Shown piece after piece: positions 10,475 to 19,826 of a stretch of 64,000 nt of DNA. The stretch's first letter is position 1, and the number at the start of each line of letters is the position of its first letter. Source of the stretch: an uncultured Gemmatimonadales bacterium (GTDB lineage Bacteria > Gemmatimonadota > Gemmatimonadetes > Longimicrobiales > RSA9). A model generated the notes under the pieces. It was not told the DNA's origin and ran no database searches. It saw only the letters and a list, made by a program, of their open reading frames with translations. A program made the position numbers and the translations under genes. The stretch lies in contig CAWCUS010000006.1 in assembly GCA_963798845.1 (NCBI GenBank), positions 128,001-192,000 of the forward strand, read 5' to 3'.

Positions 10475-10791
10475 CGCATCACATCGTCGAGCACGCCGTC
10501 GGCGGGTGCTCACGACCCTGGGCTGGGGGGGGTCGAATGCCGGGTGTCGCTTTCGAATTTCACAGCACACGATTCACGGAGCAATAGGAGTCTGCCCCAC
10601 ATCCACCACCCTTTTCCCCACAGACCGGCGGGAAGAAGCACGCATTCTCACGCGCGGTTCTTCCGCTGTGACGGCCGGCACAATAGCTTCGAGCAGAAGG
10701 AGAGCCCCGCGATTCCGGCCGGCCGCCGGACCGGCCGGTGGGCGCCACCAATGGGGGTGTGCGGCCACGGTCTGGAGCCAGGCGAAGAGCC

Positions 10792-11700
10792 ATGTATTCG
10801 AACATTGTCGTCCCCCTGGACGGTTCGGAGTTCTCCGAACGGGCCCTGCCGTGGGCCCGCACGATCGTCCGCCGCTCCGGCGGCGCCCTCCGCCTGGTCC
10901 ACGTCCACATCCCGCTCCGCATCCCGACGTGCGCGGAGGTCATCGGACCGCGCGTGGGAGAGCAGCTCCGCCAGATGAAGGCAGACGCCGAGCGGCAGGA
11001 GCGGGCGTATCTGGAAGTGGCCCGGAGCGGACTCGAGCCGGAGCCGGCGTCCATTTCGACGGCCGTGCTGCGCGGCCCCATCGCGCCGTCGGTGGCCGAC
11101 CACGCGGCGACGGAAGGCGCTACCCTCATCGTCATCGCGACGCACGCGCGGCCGCCACTGGACCGGGTGCGCCTGGGAAGCATCACCGACGAGATCGTGC
11201 GGCGCTGCCAGATTCCGGTGCTCATCGTGCGAGGGGAGGATCACGTGCTCCCCGGCCCGAACGAGAGCGCGCCCGTGGAGCGCGTGGTGGTGCCACTGGA
11301 CGGGAGGCCCCGCTCGGAGCGCTCGCTGAGCTACGGCGTGGAGCTCGCCCGCCTCTTCGACGCCGAGGTGGTCCTGGTCCGGGTGGTCCGGTCCGGCCGA
11401 AGGACCGAGCGAGAGGACGCGCTCGGGTGCGCGCGGCAGTATCTGCGCGGCGTGGTCTCGCGCCTCGACGCCGCGGGCGTCGTGGCCTCCTTCCGGAACC
11501 CCGAGAGTCTGGACGTCGCCGATGCAGTGGCGGAAGTCGCCGAAGAGGCCGCCCCCGGCGTGGTGGTGATGGCCTCGCGGTATCGCAGCGGCCTTTCCCG
11601 CCTGGTGCTGGGGAACATCGCCGAGGAGCTGGTCCGGAAGTCGCCCGTTCCCGTCCTTGTAGTGGGTTCGCGCACGCACATCGCCCCGACCTCCTTCTGA
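10792..11700 (+). CDS. Universal stress protein (two tandem USP domains)
   Basis: IVVPLDGSEFSERAL ... LGSITDEIVR..IPVLIV; second domain VVVPLDG ... LGNIAEELVRKSPVPVLVV. Confidence 0.92.
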   Translation: MYSNIVVPLDGSEFSERALPWARTIVRRSGGALRLVHVHIPLRIPTCAEVIGPRVGEQLRQMKADAERQERAYLEVARSGLEPEPASISTAVLRGPIAPSVADHAATEGATLIVIATHARPPLDRVRLGSITDEIVRRCQIPVLIVRGEDHVLPGPNESAPVERVVVPLDGRPRSERSLSYGVELARLFDAEVVLVRVVRSGRRTEREDALGCARQYLRGVVSRLDAAGVVASFRNPESLDVADAVAEVAEEAAPGVVVMASRYRSGLSRLVLGNIAEELVRKSPVPVLVVGSRTHIAPTSF

Positions 11701-11895
11701 CGCGCCCGCCGGGGCCGTGGTCCACTCCTCCCCGACATACCGTCGGGATATGCCGGAATTCCGCGAACCGTGGGGCAAAACCCCACCGTTCTGGCGTGAT
11801 GAACCCGACTTGACTTTCCCACTCCCCTGTGGACTTTTCGTGGTGCGCGTCCGGGGCGCGCGGGCGGGTCGTCACAAGAGCCGAACGGGGGTCGA

Positions 11896-13446
11896 ATGAG
11901 AGCGACGGGGAACCGCGCACGGCTGTCCCTGATCGTGGTTGCGGGGGGTCTGGCGCTGGCGTCGTGCGTCGATGAAAGCGTGACGTACGAGGACCGCGGC
12001 CTCTACGGTCCTGGCGTGGAAGCCGCGGGAGGGTTCATCGGGTACGCCGACCCGTCCGACGACGACAAGCTGACGGTCTGCGGCTACTGCCACGGTACGG
12101 TGCAGGCGCAGTGGGAGCAGACAGCGCATGCGTCCGCGTGGGAGGGGCTCCAGTCGAGCGACCACGTCCAGCCCGTCTGCGAGGGGTGCCACACGGTCAA
12201 CTCGCTCGGCAACATCGTCCCGGAAGGGGAGGGCGGCGCGCCGGTGGGCGGGCACGCGTCGGCGGAGACCTCGAACGGGCGCTACCTGGATGTGCAGTGT
12301 GAGAGCTGCCACGGCCCCGGGATCACCCACGCGACAGACCCCAGCAAGGGCAACCGGCCGCTGGCGCCGGTGCAAGTCCGCAGCAGCCTGACCAGAGGGT
12401 GCGGCGAATGCCACAACGGTGTCCATCACCCGTTCGTGGAGGAGTGGGAGACGTCGCCGCACGGAAACGTCAACCCCGTCCCGGCGACCGACCAGGAAGA
12501 CGGGTGCGCCTCATGCCACTCGGGCGAAGGCGCGCTGCTCCGCCTGGGCGTCACCGCCGACTACCTCGAGAAGGACTCGCTGCTCGCCAGTGACGCGGCG
12601 TATGCGCAGATCGCGTGCGCGGTGTGCCACGACCCCCACTCGAAGACGAACCCGAAGCAGCTCCGCTTCCCCGTCGAGTCGGCCACGGTGGACAACCACC
12701 TGTGCGCCCAGTGTCACGATCGCCAGTCGCAGCCGAACGCGGCGGCGGACAACTTCTTCGAGTTCCGGCCGCACTCGCCGGAGACGGCCGAGCTGAAGGG
12801 GACGGCGGGGTACTTCCCGGCCACGGCGTCGATCGGCCCGGGGACGATCACGGGACCGCACGGCATCTCGAGCAATCCCCGCCTGTGCGCGTCGTGCCAC
12901 GTGGTGCCCTACACGGTCGAGGATCCGGCCTCGGGCGAGACCTTCACGTCCACCGGGCACGGCTTCCGGGCCGCGCCGTGCGTCGGCCCGAACGGGCTGC
13001 CCTCGGGCGAGGAGGACTGCGTGCTGACGACGACGGCGCGCAGCTTCAAGGGGTGCGTCTCGGGCGAGTGCCACGCCGGCGAAGCGGAGGCGCAGGCCAC
13101 GCTCGTGTCCGCGATCGACCGAGTCCTCCCGCTGGTGACGGCGCTGTACGCCCGTCTGAACCAGGTCGACCCGAACGGCAACCTGGCGGGCGGCGCGATC
13201 GACTTCACCGATGGCGTGCTCACCGTCGCCGACGGCGCCTACTTCAACCTGGCCCTGGCATTGTACCCGGGGAGCATCACGTCGCGGACGTCGCCGGAGA
13301 CGATCCGGGGCTACCTGGCTCCGTCGGTCACCCACAATCCGGCCCTGATCGAGGCGCTGCTCCGGGCCAGCCTGGAGGCGCTGGACGCTACGTATGGCCC
13401 CAGCCCCGGCGCGGCCGCGCTGCCCACGTCCGCGACCGACCGGTGA
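11896..13446 (+). CDS. Multiheme cytochrome c lipoprotein (8 CxxCH + 1 CX4CH)
   Basis: Lipobox LALASC. Heme motifs CGYCH, CEGCH, CESCH, CGECH, CASCH, CAVCH, CAQCH, CASCH, CVSGECH. Helical C-terminus GAYFNL...HNP. Confidence 0.92.
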   Translation: MRATGNRARLSLIVVAGGLALASCVDESVTYEDRGLYGPGVEAAGGFIGYADPSDDDKLTVCGYCHGTVQAQWEQTAHASAWEGLQSSDHVQPVCEGCHTVNSLGNIVPEGEGGAPVGGHASAETSNGRYLDVQCESCHGPGITHATDPSKGNRPLAPVQVRSSLTRGCGECHNGVHHPFVEEWETSPHGNVNPVPATDQEDGCASCHSGEGALLRLGVTADYLEKDSLLASDAAYAQIACAVCHDPHSKTNPKQLRFPVESATVDNHLCAQCHDRQSQPNAAADNFFEFRPHSPETAELKGTAGYFPATASIGPGTITGPHGISSNPRLCASCHVVPYTVEDPASGETFTSTGHGFRAAPCVGPNGLPSGEEDCVLTTTARSFKGCVSGECHAGEAEAQATLVSAIDRVLPLVTALYARLNQVDPNGNLAGGAIDFTDGVLTVADGAYFNLALALYPGSITSRTSPETIRGYLAPSVTHNPALIEALLRASLEALDATYGPSPGAAALPTSATDR

Positions 13447-13456
13447 GGCGGGGGCC

Positions 13457-14953
13457 ATGAGGTTCATCGTCCTGGATCGGCGCCGACGGGGCGGCCGGCC
13501 CGGCGTTCTGTCGTGCGCGCTGCTCGCGCTGCTGGCGGCAGCGCCCGCTGCGGCCCAGGGCGTTCGCGGCACGGCCACGACGACACTCCGCTACCTGACC
13601 CTTCGGCCGATCCAGTCCGACACCGTGGATGCCGCGAACGTCTCGGCCGAGGACGGACAGCTCGTGTTCGACGGGCACTCCGTCACCTGCCTCGCGGGCG
13701 GGCTGCAATGCGTCTATTACACGCCGGATGACGTGGCGCACGCGGCCGTGGGCACACAGGACATCTCCGCCACCGCGTGGGGATTCGGGGTCCGCGGCCT
13801 CAGCGCCACCTTCCTGCTGAGGGGGCGCGCCGACCTCGGCGGCGACTTCACCTGGCCCACGTCGGACGATCCGTTCGATGCCATCCTCGCCTACGCCGAG
13901 CTCCAGCGCTCCGGCTACCGCGTGCGCGCGGGGCGCCAGCGCACCCTCTCGGGGCTCGGCTTCTCCGGCTACGACGGCGTGGACGTGCTGGCCTCGCCGT
14001 GGCGCGCGCTCCGGCTGGAGGCATACGGCGGACGATCGCTCGCGCGCGGTCTGAACGACCCGGCCAGCGAAGCGCTCCAGGGCATCGAGGACTTCGTCCG
14101 GGACCAGCAGGCCTTCCTCTTCGGCGGCGCCATCGAGGCCACGCCGTTCGCAGGCACCTCGCTCGGGCTGCGGTATCAGCGCGAGATCTGGGCGGACCGC
14201 GCCGGCCTGCTGTCCGAGCGCGCGTCACTGGATTTCCGCTCCTCGTTGCCGGGCGCGCTCTCGCGTGTGCACCTGACCGGGTCGGTGGATTACGACTTCG
14301 CCTTCGACCGGGTGGGGAAGGCGCGGCTGAGCCTGCGCTCGCCACTCCCCGGCGACTGGGGCTGGGTCGAGCTCACGGGGCGACGCTATCTGCCCTACTT
14401 CGACCTTTCCACCATCTGGGGCTTCTTCTCCCCCACTCCGTACCACGAGGGCGAGGTGGGTCTCACGCTGCGGCACTGGCAGCCGCTCACCGCCTGGATG
14501 AGCGCTGGCGTCCGCGAGTACGGTGACCCGGAGATCTCGGTCATCGGATCCCCGATCTCGGACCGCTCCGTGCGCTACGCCGTCGGCGCGCGGTTCCGGA
14601 CGGGGGGCGTCACCACCTCCGGGGAGTACCGGCTGGAGACCGGCTTCGGCGCGGTGCTGAACTCGGGCGACGCCATGCTACGCTGGGAGACGGGACCTCG
14701 CCTCGCCCTCACCGTCCGGGGAACTGCGTTCCAGCAGATCGAGGAGTTCCGGGTGGGGGACAACACGGTGTTCGGCGGCGGTCTCGGCGCGGAGCTGCGT
14801 CTTCCGGGGGAGGCGCGGCTTACGGCGGGCGCGGACGTGTACAGGCAGGCCTGGGACCACCGGCCCAGCCAGGCGGACTGGAACCAGCTCCGCGCCTACT
14901 CGATCCTGTCCATCCCGTTTGGCAGCGACCCGGGCCTCAGGGGGCCGCGATGA
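13457..14953 (+). CDS. Predicted outer-membrane beta-barrel (porin of a porin-cytochrome complex)
   Basis: Signal peptide ending AAAQ; many amphipathic aromatic-rich beta strands (YRVRAGRQ, YDGVDV, LRLEAYGG, LGLRYQRE, VDYDF); sits between two multiheme cytochromes. Confidence 0.7.
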   Translation: MRFIVLDRRRRGGRPGVLSCALLALLAAAPAAAQGVRGTATTTLRYLTLRPIQSDTVDAANVSAEDGQLVFDGHSVTCLAGGLQCVYYTPDDVAHAAVGTQDISATAWGFGVRGLSATFLLRGRADLGGDFTWPTSDDPFDAILAYAELQRSGYRVRAGRQRTLSGLGFSGYDGVDVLASPWRALRLEAYGGRSLARGLNDPASEALQGIEDFVRDQQAFLFGGAIEATPFAGTSLGLRYQREIWADRAGLLSERASLDFRSSLPGALSRVHLTGSVDYDFAFDRVGKARLSLRSPLPGDWGWVELTGRRYLPYFDLSTIWGFFSPTPYHEGEVGLTLRHWQPLTAWMSAGVREYGDPEISVIGSPISDRSVRYAVGARFRTGGVTTSGEYRLETGFGAVLNSGDAMLRWETGPRLALTVRGTAFQQIEEFRVGDNTVFGGGLGAELRLPGEARLTAGADVYRQAWDHRPSQADWNQLRAYSILSIPFGSDPGLRGPR

Positions 14954-16404
14954 GGCGGAAGTGGGGTCTGTTGGGCGCGACGATCGTCGCCGTGGGCGTG
15001 GCGGGCGGGATCCTGGTCGGGCGTGCGGGCGCGGGTGAGCAGCCGGCTTTCCCGCATGCGACGCACGCTCGCCTGTTTCCCCTGTGCACCGGCTGTCACG
15101 AAGGCGTGCCGGAAGGGGACACGGCCAGCTTCTATCCCCCGCCGACGCTGTGCGCCCGGTGCCACAATGGCGTGCGTCTGGACAGCGTCGACTGGTCGCC
15201 GCCGGCCGTGCAACCGCGCGTTCCGCTCAAGTTCGCGCATCCCGGCCACATGGCCGTGCTCGACGCCGCCGGGGACACGGCGCTGGAATGCTCGACCTGC
15301 CACGTGCCGGAAGGAGCGGGGCGGATGAACGTGGCGCCGCAGCCCGTGCTCGCAGCCTGCTTCTCCTGCCACGGCCACCCGGCCACGCAGCACATGGTGG
15401 ACGCGGAGTGCGCCACCTGCCACGTCGAGTCCGTGGAGCACCCGCGGGTGGGCGAGTGGCTGGCCTCCCTGCCGTACCCGGCGGACCACGTCACCGCCGA
15501 CTTCCTGCGCGGGGGCCACGGCCGCCTGGCGCGCACGCAGCCCGAGCGCTGCGCCACCTGCCACACGCAGGAACGCTGCACCAGCTGTCACGTGAACGCG
15601 AACAGCGTCCCTGCGATCGCGGCCATGCCGGCGGCCCCGCCGGCCGTACGGCTGCCTCGCTACGCAGCGCACTACTTCGTGCCGCCATCTCACGAGGCGC
15701 CCGATTTCCTGGACACGCATGGCGAGATCGCCTCGGTCCAGGAGTGCTCGACCTGCCACACGCAGAACGACTGCGCGGCGTGCCACGCGGCCCAGCCGCC
15801 CGTGGTGGTGGCCGCCATGCCGCGCTCCGAGGACGTGCGGGCGCCCGGCGTGCTGCTGAAGCCGCAGCCGCCCTCGAGCCACCGGGTGGCCTCGTTCACC
15901 ACGCAGCACGGGGCGCTCGCCGCGGCAGACCCATCGTCGTGCAGCTCGTGCCACACGAGGAACATGTGCTCGGACTGCCACGAGGCCGCGGCCGTCAAGG
16001 TGGTGCTGCCGCAGGACCTGGCGGGGCCGCGCTTCCATCCGGACAACTTCATGGCACAGCATTCTGCCATGGCCTATGGCCGCGAGCTGGAGTGCGCGAG
16101 CTGCCACAACGTGGCGGCGTTCTGCCGCGACTGCCACGAGCAGGCGGGCTTCGGCACCAGCGGCAGGCTCAACGCCGGGTTCCACGATGCCGAGCCGAAC
16201 TGGCTGCTGCGGCACGGGCAACCGGCGCGGCAGGCGCTGGAGACCTGCGCGGCGTGCCACGAGCAGTCCGACTGCCTGCAGTGCCACTCGACCGTGGGCT
16301 CGTTCAGCGTGAGCCCTCACGGCAAGGGGTTCGATCCCGAGCGGGCGAAGGCGAAGAACCCGGCCATCTGTTTGGCGTGTCACGTGGAGGACCCGGTCGG
16401 GTGA
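14950..16404 (+). CDS. 16-heme cytochrome c (c3/c7-like repeats), exported
   Basis: N-terminal signal or anchor; 16 CxxCH motifs counted; ATGA overlap with the porin gene. Confidence 0.93.
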   Translation: MRRKWGLLGATIVAVGVAGGILVGRAGAGEQPAFPHATHARLFPLCTGCHEGVPEGDTASFYPPPTLCARCHNGVRLDSVDWSPPAVQPRVPLKFAHPGHMAVLDAAGDTALECSTCHVPEGAGRMNVAPQPVLAACFSCHGHPATQHMVDAECATCHVESVEHPRVGEWLASLPYPADHVTADFLRGGHGRLARTQPERCATCHTQERCTSCHVNANSVPAIAAMPAAPPAVRLPRYAAHYFVPPSHEAPDFLDTHGEIASVQECSTCHTQNDCAACHAAQPPVVVAAMPRSEDVRAPGVLLKPQPPSSHRVASFTTQHGALAAADPSSCSSCHTRNMCSDCHEAAAVKVVLPQDLAGPRFHPDNFMAQHSAMAYGRELECASCHNVAAFCRDCHEQAGFGTSGRLNAGFHDAEPNWLLRHGQPARQALETCAACHEQSDCLQCHSTVGSFSVSPHGKGFDPERAKAKNPAICLACHVEDPVG

Positions 16405-16433
16405 CCGGGCATCATTGAAAAGGAGCAGCAATC

Positions 16434-16883
16434 GTGGAGTACAAGCGCTGGATCATCGCCGCGACCGTGTTGGCACTGGTGGCGTGCGGGGGAGAGCAGG
16501 AGGGCGAGAAGCGGCCGCTGAGCGAGGAACAGCCTCAGGCGCAGCCGCAGCAGCAGAATGCACGGGTCGGGTGGCCCGAAGGGCTGGGTGACTCCGTGGA
16601 CCAGGCGAACGCCGCCTACCGCGAAGGCGACTACCAGGCCGCGGCGACCATGTACCGCGAGATGTCCGTGAGCCATCCGGACATCGGCACGGTGTGGTTC
16701 GGCCTCTACATGGCCGAGACCAAGCTGGGGAACAAGGCGGCGGCGGACTCCGCTCTGGCGCGCTCCAACGAGCTCAGCCCGGGGCTGGCCAACACGCACC
16801 AGGCCGCCACGGACACGACCATGCCGTCCGTTCACGAAGGAATGATGGAGATGCCACAGGGGCACCCGCCCATCAACCAGTGA
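16434..16883 (+). CDS. TPR-like lipoprotein with C-terminal Met/His-rich PQGHPP tail
   Basis: AAGGAG RBS, lipobox LVAC, helical repeat ANAAYREGDYQAA...WFGLYMA, tail HEGMMEMPQGHPP. Confidence 0.75.
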   Translation: MEYKRWIIAATVLALVACGGEQEGEKRPLSEEQPQAQPQQQNARVGWPEGLGDSVDQANAAYREGDYQAAATMYREMSVSHPDIGTVWFGLYMAETKLGNKAAADSALARSNELSPGLANTHQAATDTTMPSVHEGMMEMPQGHPPINQ

Positions 16884-16937
16884 GCAGGGCTGCGCCCGGC
16901 GCCCGCGCGGCGTCGGTGCGGCCGGACGCGCGACCCG

Positions 16938-16969
16938 GAACGGGCCCGGCCAGACGGCCGGGCCCGTTC
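16938..16969. terminator. Perfect 14-bp stem hairpin between convergent genes (candidate bidirectional terminator)
   Basis: gaacgggcccggcc-agac-ggccgggcccgttc. Confidence 0.65.
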
Positions 16970-16976
16970 TCGGATC

Positions 16977-17321
16977 TCACCGGGCCAGCATCGGGCCCAG
17001 CGGCTTGCCGCCCAGGATGTGCATGTGGAGGTGAGCCACCTCCTGCCCGGCATGCGCGTTCGTGTTCACGATGAGCCGGAATCCGTCTTCCGCCACTCCC
17101 TCCTTCTCGGCGAGCTTCCGGGCCACCGTGAACATCCGGCCGAGCGCCGCCTCGTGGCGCGCTTCCACGTCCGCGACCGAGGCAACGGGCTCGTTCGGCA
17201 CGATGAGCACGTGCACGGGGGCCTGGGGGTTGATGTCGCGAAACGCCGTCACCAGCTCGTCCCGGTAGAGGACGTCCGCGTCGATCTCCCCCCGGACGAT
17301 CTTCCCGAAAATCGTGTCCAC
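16977..17321 (-). CDS. hinT: Histidine triad nucleotide-binding protein (HinT/PKCI type)
   Basis: [52 protein letters not shown] before GTG. Confidence 0.93.
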   Translation of the reverse strand: MDTIFGKIVRGEIDADVLYRDELVTAFRDINPQAPVHVLIVPNEPVASVADVEARHEAALGRMFTVARKLAEKEGVAEDGFRLIVNTNAHAGQEVAHLHMHILGGKPLGPMLAR

Positions 17322-17489
17322 TCCCCTCCTCCGCGCTGCGATGGGCATCGTTCCACGCCTTCGGAAACTACGTCCCGCCGACGGACCCGCACACCCGCGT
17401 GCCGCCAGATTCTCGCGTTCCGGTCCGCTCCCCCCACCGCCGCTCCGGGCTTTGACCTTTCCCTCACTCCCGCCTACGTTGCGCGTCCC

Positions 17490-18641
17490 ATGGACTGGAA
17501 TCAGTGGCGCGGCGAGTTCACGATCCTCGCCCGGACGACGTACCTGAACTCCTGCTCCCTCGGCGCACTCTCCCGCCGGGCCGAGCGACGCCTGGGGACG
17601 TTCCTGGACGAGTGGCACACGTTCGGCGCCTCCGCCTGGTACGAGGTCTGGATGGGACGCCTCGCGGAGCTCCGCGGGCGCGTGGCCAGGATGCTCAACG
17701 CGGACCCTGGCGACATCGCGCTCTCCGCTTCCGTCTCCGCCGCGCTCTCGGTAGTGGCGTCCGCGGTGGACTACGGGCGCCGGCGAAGGGTGGTGTGCGC
17801 GGAGCTCGACTTCCCCACCGTCGCCTACCAGTGGCTGGCCCGTCCCGGCGTCGAGGTGGTGCGCGTGCGCTCCGATGACGGCGCGACCATCGATCTCCAG
17901 CGCTGGGCGGACGCCCTGAGCGACGACACTGCGGTCGTCGCCACCAGCCACGTCTTCTTCAGCACTGGCGCGATCCAGGACATCCGGGCGCTCGCCGACC
18001 TCGCCCACGCCCGCGGCGCGCTGTTCGTCGTGGATGCGTACCAGAGCGCCGGTCAGCTGCCGGTCGACGTCCGCGCCGCCGACGTGGACGTGCTGATCAC
18101 GGGGCCGCTGAAGTGGCTGCTCGGCGGGCCCGGCCTCGCCTACACCTACATCCGCCCCGATCTCCAGGCCACGCTCACGCCGACCACCGCCGGGTGGTGG
18201 GGTGCCGACGACCAGTTCGCTTTCGATATCGAGGCGTTCGCCTTCAAGCCGGACGCCCGCCGATTCGAGCTTGGTACGCCCGCGCTCCACACCGTGCACA
18301 CCGCTCTGGGCGGTCAGGAGATCGTGGACGAGATCGGCGTCTCCCGGATCCGCGAGCGGAACCGCACCCTCACCGGCCGACTCGTCGACAGCGCTCTCGA
18401 CGCAGGATTCCGGCTGCGCGTGGCGCCGGACCCCGCCGCCCGCTCGGCCATCGTGATGATCGGCCACGACCACCCGCACCGCGCGGTGGAGGCGCTGGCG
18501 GCGGACGGAATCATCGTGGACGCACGGCCGGGCCACGTCCGCGTCTCCCCGCACTTCTACAACACCGAGGACGAGGTGGACCGGGTGGTCGCGTCGCTGC
18601 GCGCCGTCGGCGTCACCGGCGCGCGCCGAGGATCGACGTGA
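17490..18641 (+). CDS. PLP-dependent aminotransferase class V (kynureninase/cysteine desulfurase-like)
   Basis: [28 protein letters not shown] (PLP lysine), [16 protein letters not shown]. Confidence 0.88.
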   Translation: MDWNQWRGEFTILARTTYLNSCSLGALSRRAERRLGTFLDEWHTFGASAWYEVWMGRLAELRGRVARMLNADPGDIALSASVSAALSVVASAVDYGRRRRVVCAELDFPTVAYQWLARPGVEVVRVRSDDGATIDLQRWADALSDDTAVVATSHVFFSTGAIQDIRALADLAHARGALFVVDAYQSAGQLPVDVRAADVDVLITGPLKWLLGGPGLAYTYIRPDLQATLTPTTAGWWGADDQFAFDIEAFAFKPDARRFELGTPALHTVHTALGGQEIVDEIGVSRIRERNRTLTGRLVDSALDAGFRLRVAPDPAARSAIVMIGHDHPHRAVEALAADGIIVDARPGHVRVSPHFYNTEDEVDRVVASLRAVGVTGARRGST

Positions 18642-19009
18642 ACGGCTCCCGTACCGGCGACGGGGAAGGCGCCGCCCATGCCAGGGAGCTGACCCTTCGC
18701 GACGCACAGGCGGCCGTGGACGGCTGGATCTCGGGCTTCGAGGAAGGCTACTGGCCGCCGCTCGCCAACCTGGCCAGGCTGATCGAGGAGGTGGGCGAGC
18801 TCGCCCGGGAGATCAACCACCGGTACGGGAGCAAGCCCAGGAAGGCGGACGAGCCCGCCGGCGACCTCGCCCTGGAGCTCGGCGACACCCTCTTCGTCCT
18901 CATTGCCATTGCCAACGAGCAGGGCATCGACCTGGACGAGGCGCTCGGGCGGGTACTGGAGAAGTACGGGGTGCGGGACGCGGAACGGTGGAGGCGGAGG
19001 CCTCGCTGA
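18638..19009 (+). CDS. MazG-like nucleotide pyrophosphohydrolase (YpjD-type)
   Basis: [47 protein letters not shown]. Confidence 0.9.
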   Translation: MNGSRTGDGEGAAHARELTLRDAQAAVDGWISGFEEGYWPPLANLARLIEEVGELAREINHRYGSKPRKADEPAGDLALELGDTLFVLIAIANEQGIDLDEALGRVLEKYGVRDAERWRRRPR

Positions 19010-19039
19010 GGCTCGGTCTTGCGGCCGAGCGCCCCCCGC

Positions 19040-19609
19040 CTACGACCGCAGCCATCGCCGGTAAAAGTCCCACGCGACGATGCCGTAGGCATCCGCAAAC
19101 CGCCCGTCCGCGATCATCGCGTCGATTTCGCCCGGATCGGCTTCCCGCGGGCGGATGAACTCGCCCGGGTCCTGGTGCGGCCGCCCGACAGGGCGGCAGT
19201 CGATCACGAGCACGATGTGGAGCCGATTGTTCTGGAGAGCGGCGTTCGGTTGCACCTCACCGATCACCTTCCCGGACCGGCCCCGCCGCCCCGTCTCCTC
19301 CTCGAGCTCCCGCTCCGCGCACCGCACGGGCGTCTCGCCCTCCTCTACCAGCCCTGCGGGGAACTCGGTGGTCACCGTGCGGGTGCCGTGGCGGTACTGC
19401 TCCACCATGACGAACCGGCCCGCCGGCGTGAGCGCGATGACCTGCACCCAGTCGGGCATTTCCAGGACGTAGAAGTCCCGGACCTCGCCATCCGCCGGCG
19501 AGCGCGACCAGTCCCGCCGGACGCGAAAATGCCGGAAATCGCCGGCCGCCTCCGACCGCTCCAGCGGCCAGGCCAGCGACTCCCGGCTTTCCGCCGGGGG
19601 TTCGTCCAT
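19040..19609 (-). CDS. NUDIX hydrolase (ADP-ribose pyrophosphatase-like)
   Basis: VEQYRHG, EFPAGLVEEGETPVRCAERELEEETG (Nudix box). Confidence 0.9.
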   Translation of the reverse strand: MDEPPAESRESLAWPLERSEAAGDFRHFRVRRDWSRSPADGEVRDFYVLEMPDWVQVIALTPAGRFVMVEQYRHGTRTVTTEFPAGLVEEGETPVRCAERELEEETGRRGRSGKVIGEVQPNAALQNNRLHIVLVIDCRPVGRPHQDPGEFIRPREADPGEIDAMIADGRFADAYGIVAWDFYRRWLRS

Positions 19610-19611
19610 CT

Positions 19612-19755
19612 CCAGAAGAGGAACGAAAGCACCAGGATCACGATGCCGACCACCAGAATGAGCCATGCGGCGGTGCGCAGCGCGCCGACGACGCCGGTGA
19701 ATCCGAGCAGAGCCACCAGGATCACGACGATGGCGATGATCAGTAACAGGTTCAT
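19612..19755 (-). CDS. Small 2-TM membrane protein (about 47 aa; expected stop reads as TGG)
   Basis: AGGAG RBS; MNLLLIIAIVVILVALLGFTGVVGALRTAAWLILVVGIVILVLSFLF. As assembled the frame runs on to 19372 across the NUDIX gene. Confidence 0.6.
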
Positions 19756-19826
19756 GCGAGGTCTCCTGGTCGAAGTTTGCCGTACCTTGGGCAGCATTCG
19801 TGCCACTGCTGCGCCCCGGACGCGGA

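Noticed and set aside
10540..10580. Possible Rex/FNR-like operator upstream of the V-ATPase (TGTGAAAT half-site)
   Set aside because: Only one half-site matches, with no convincing dyad.
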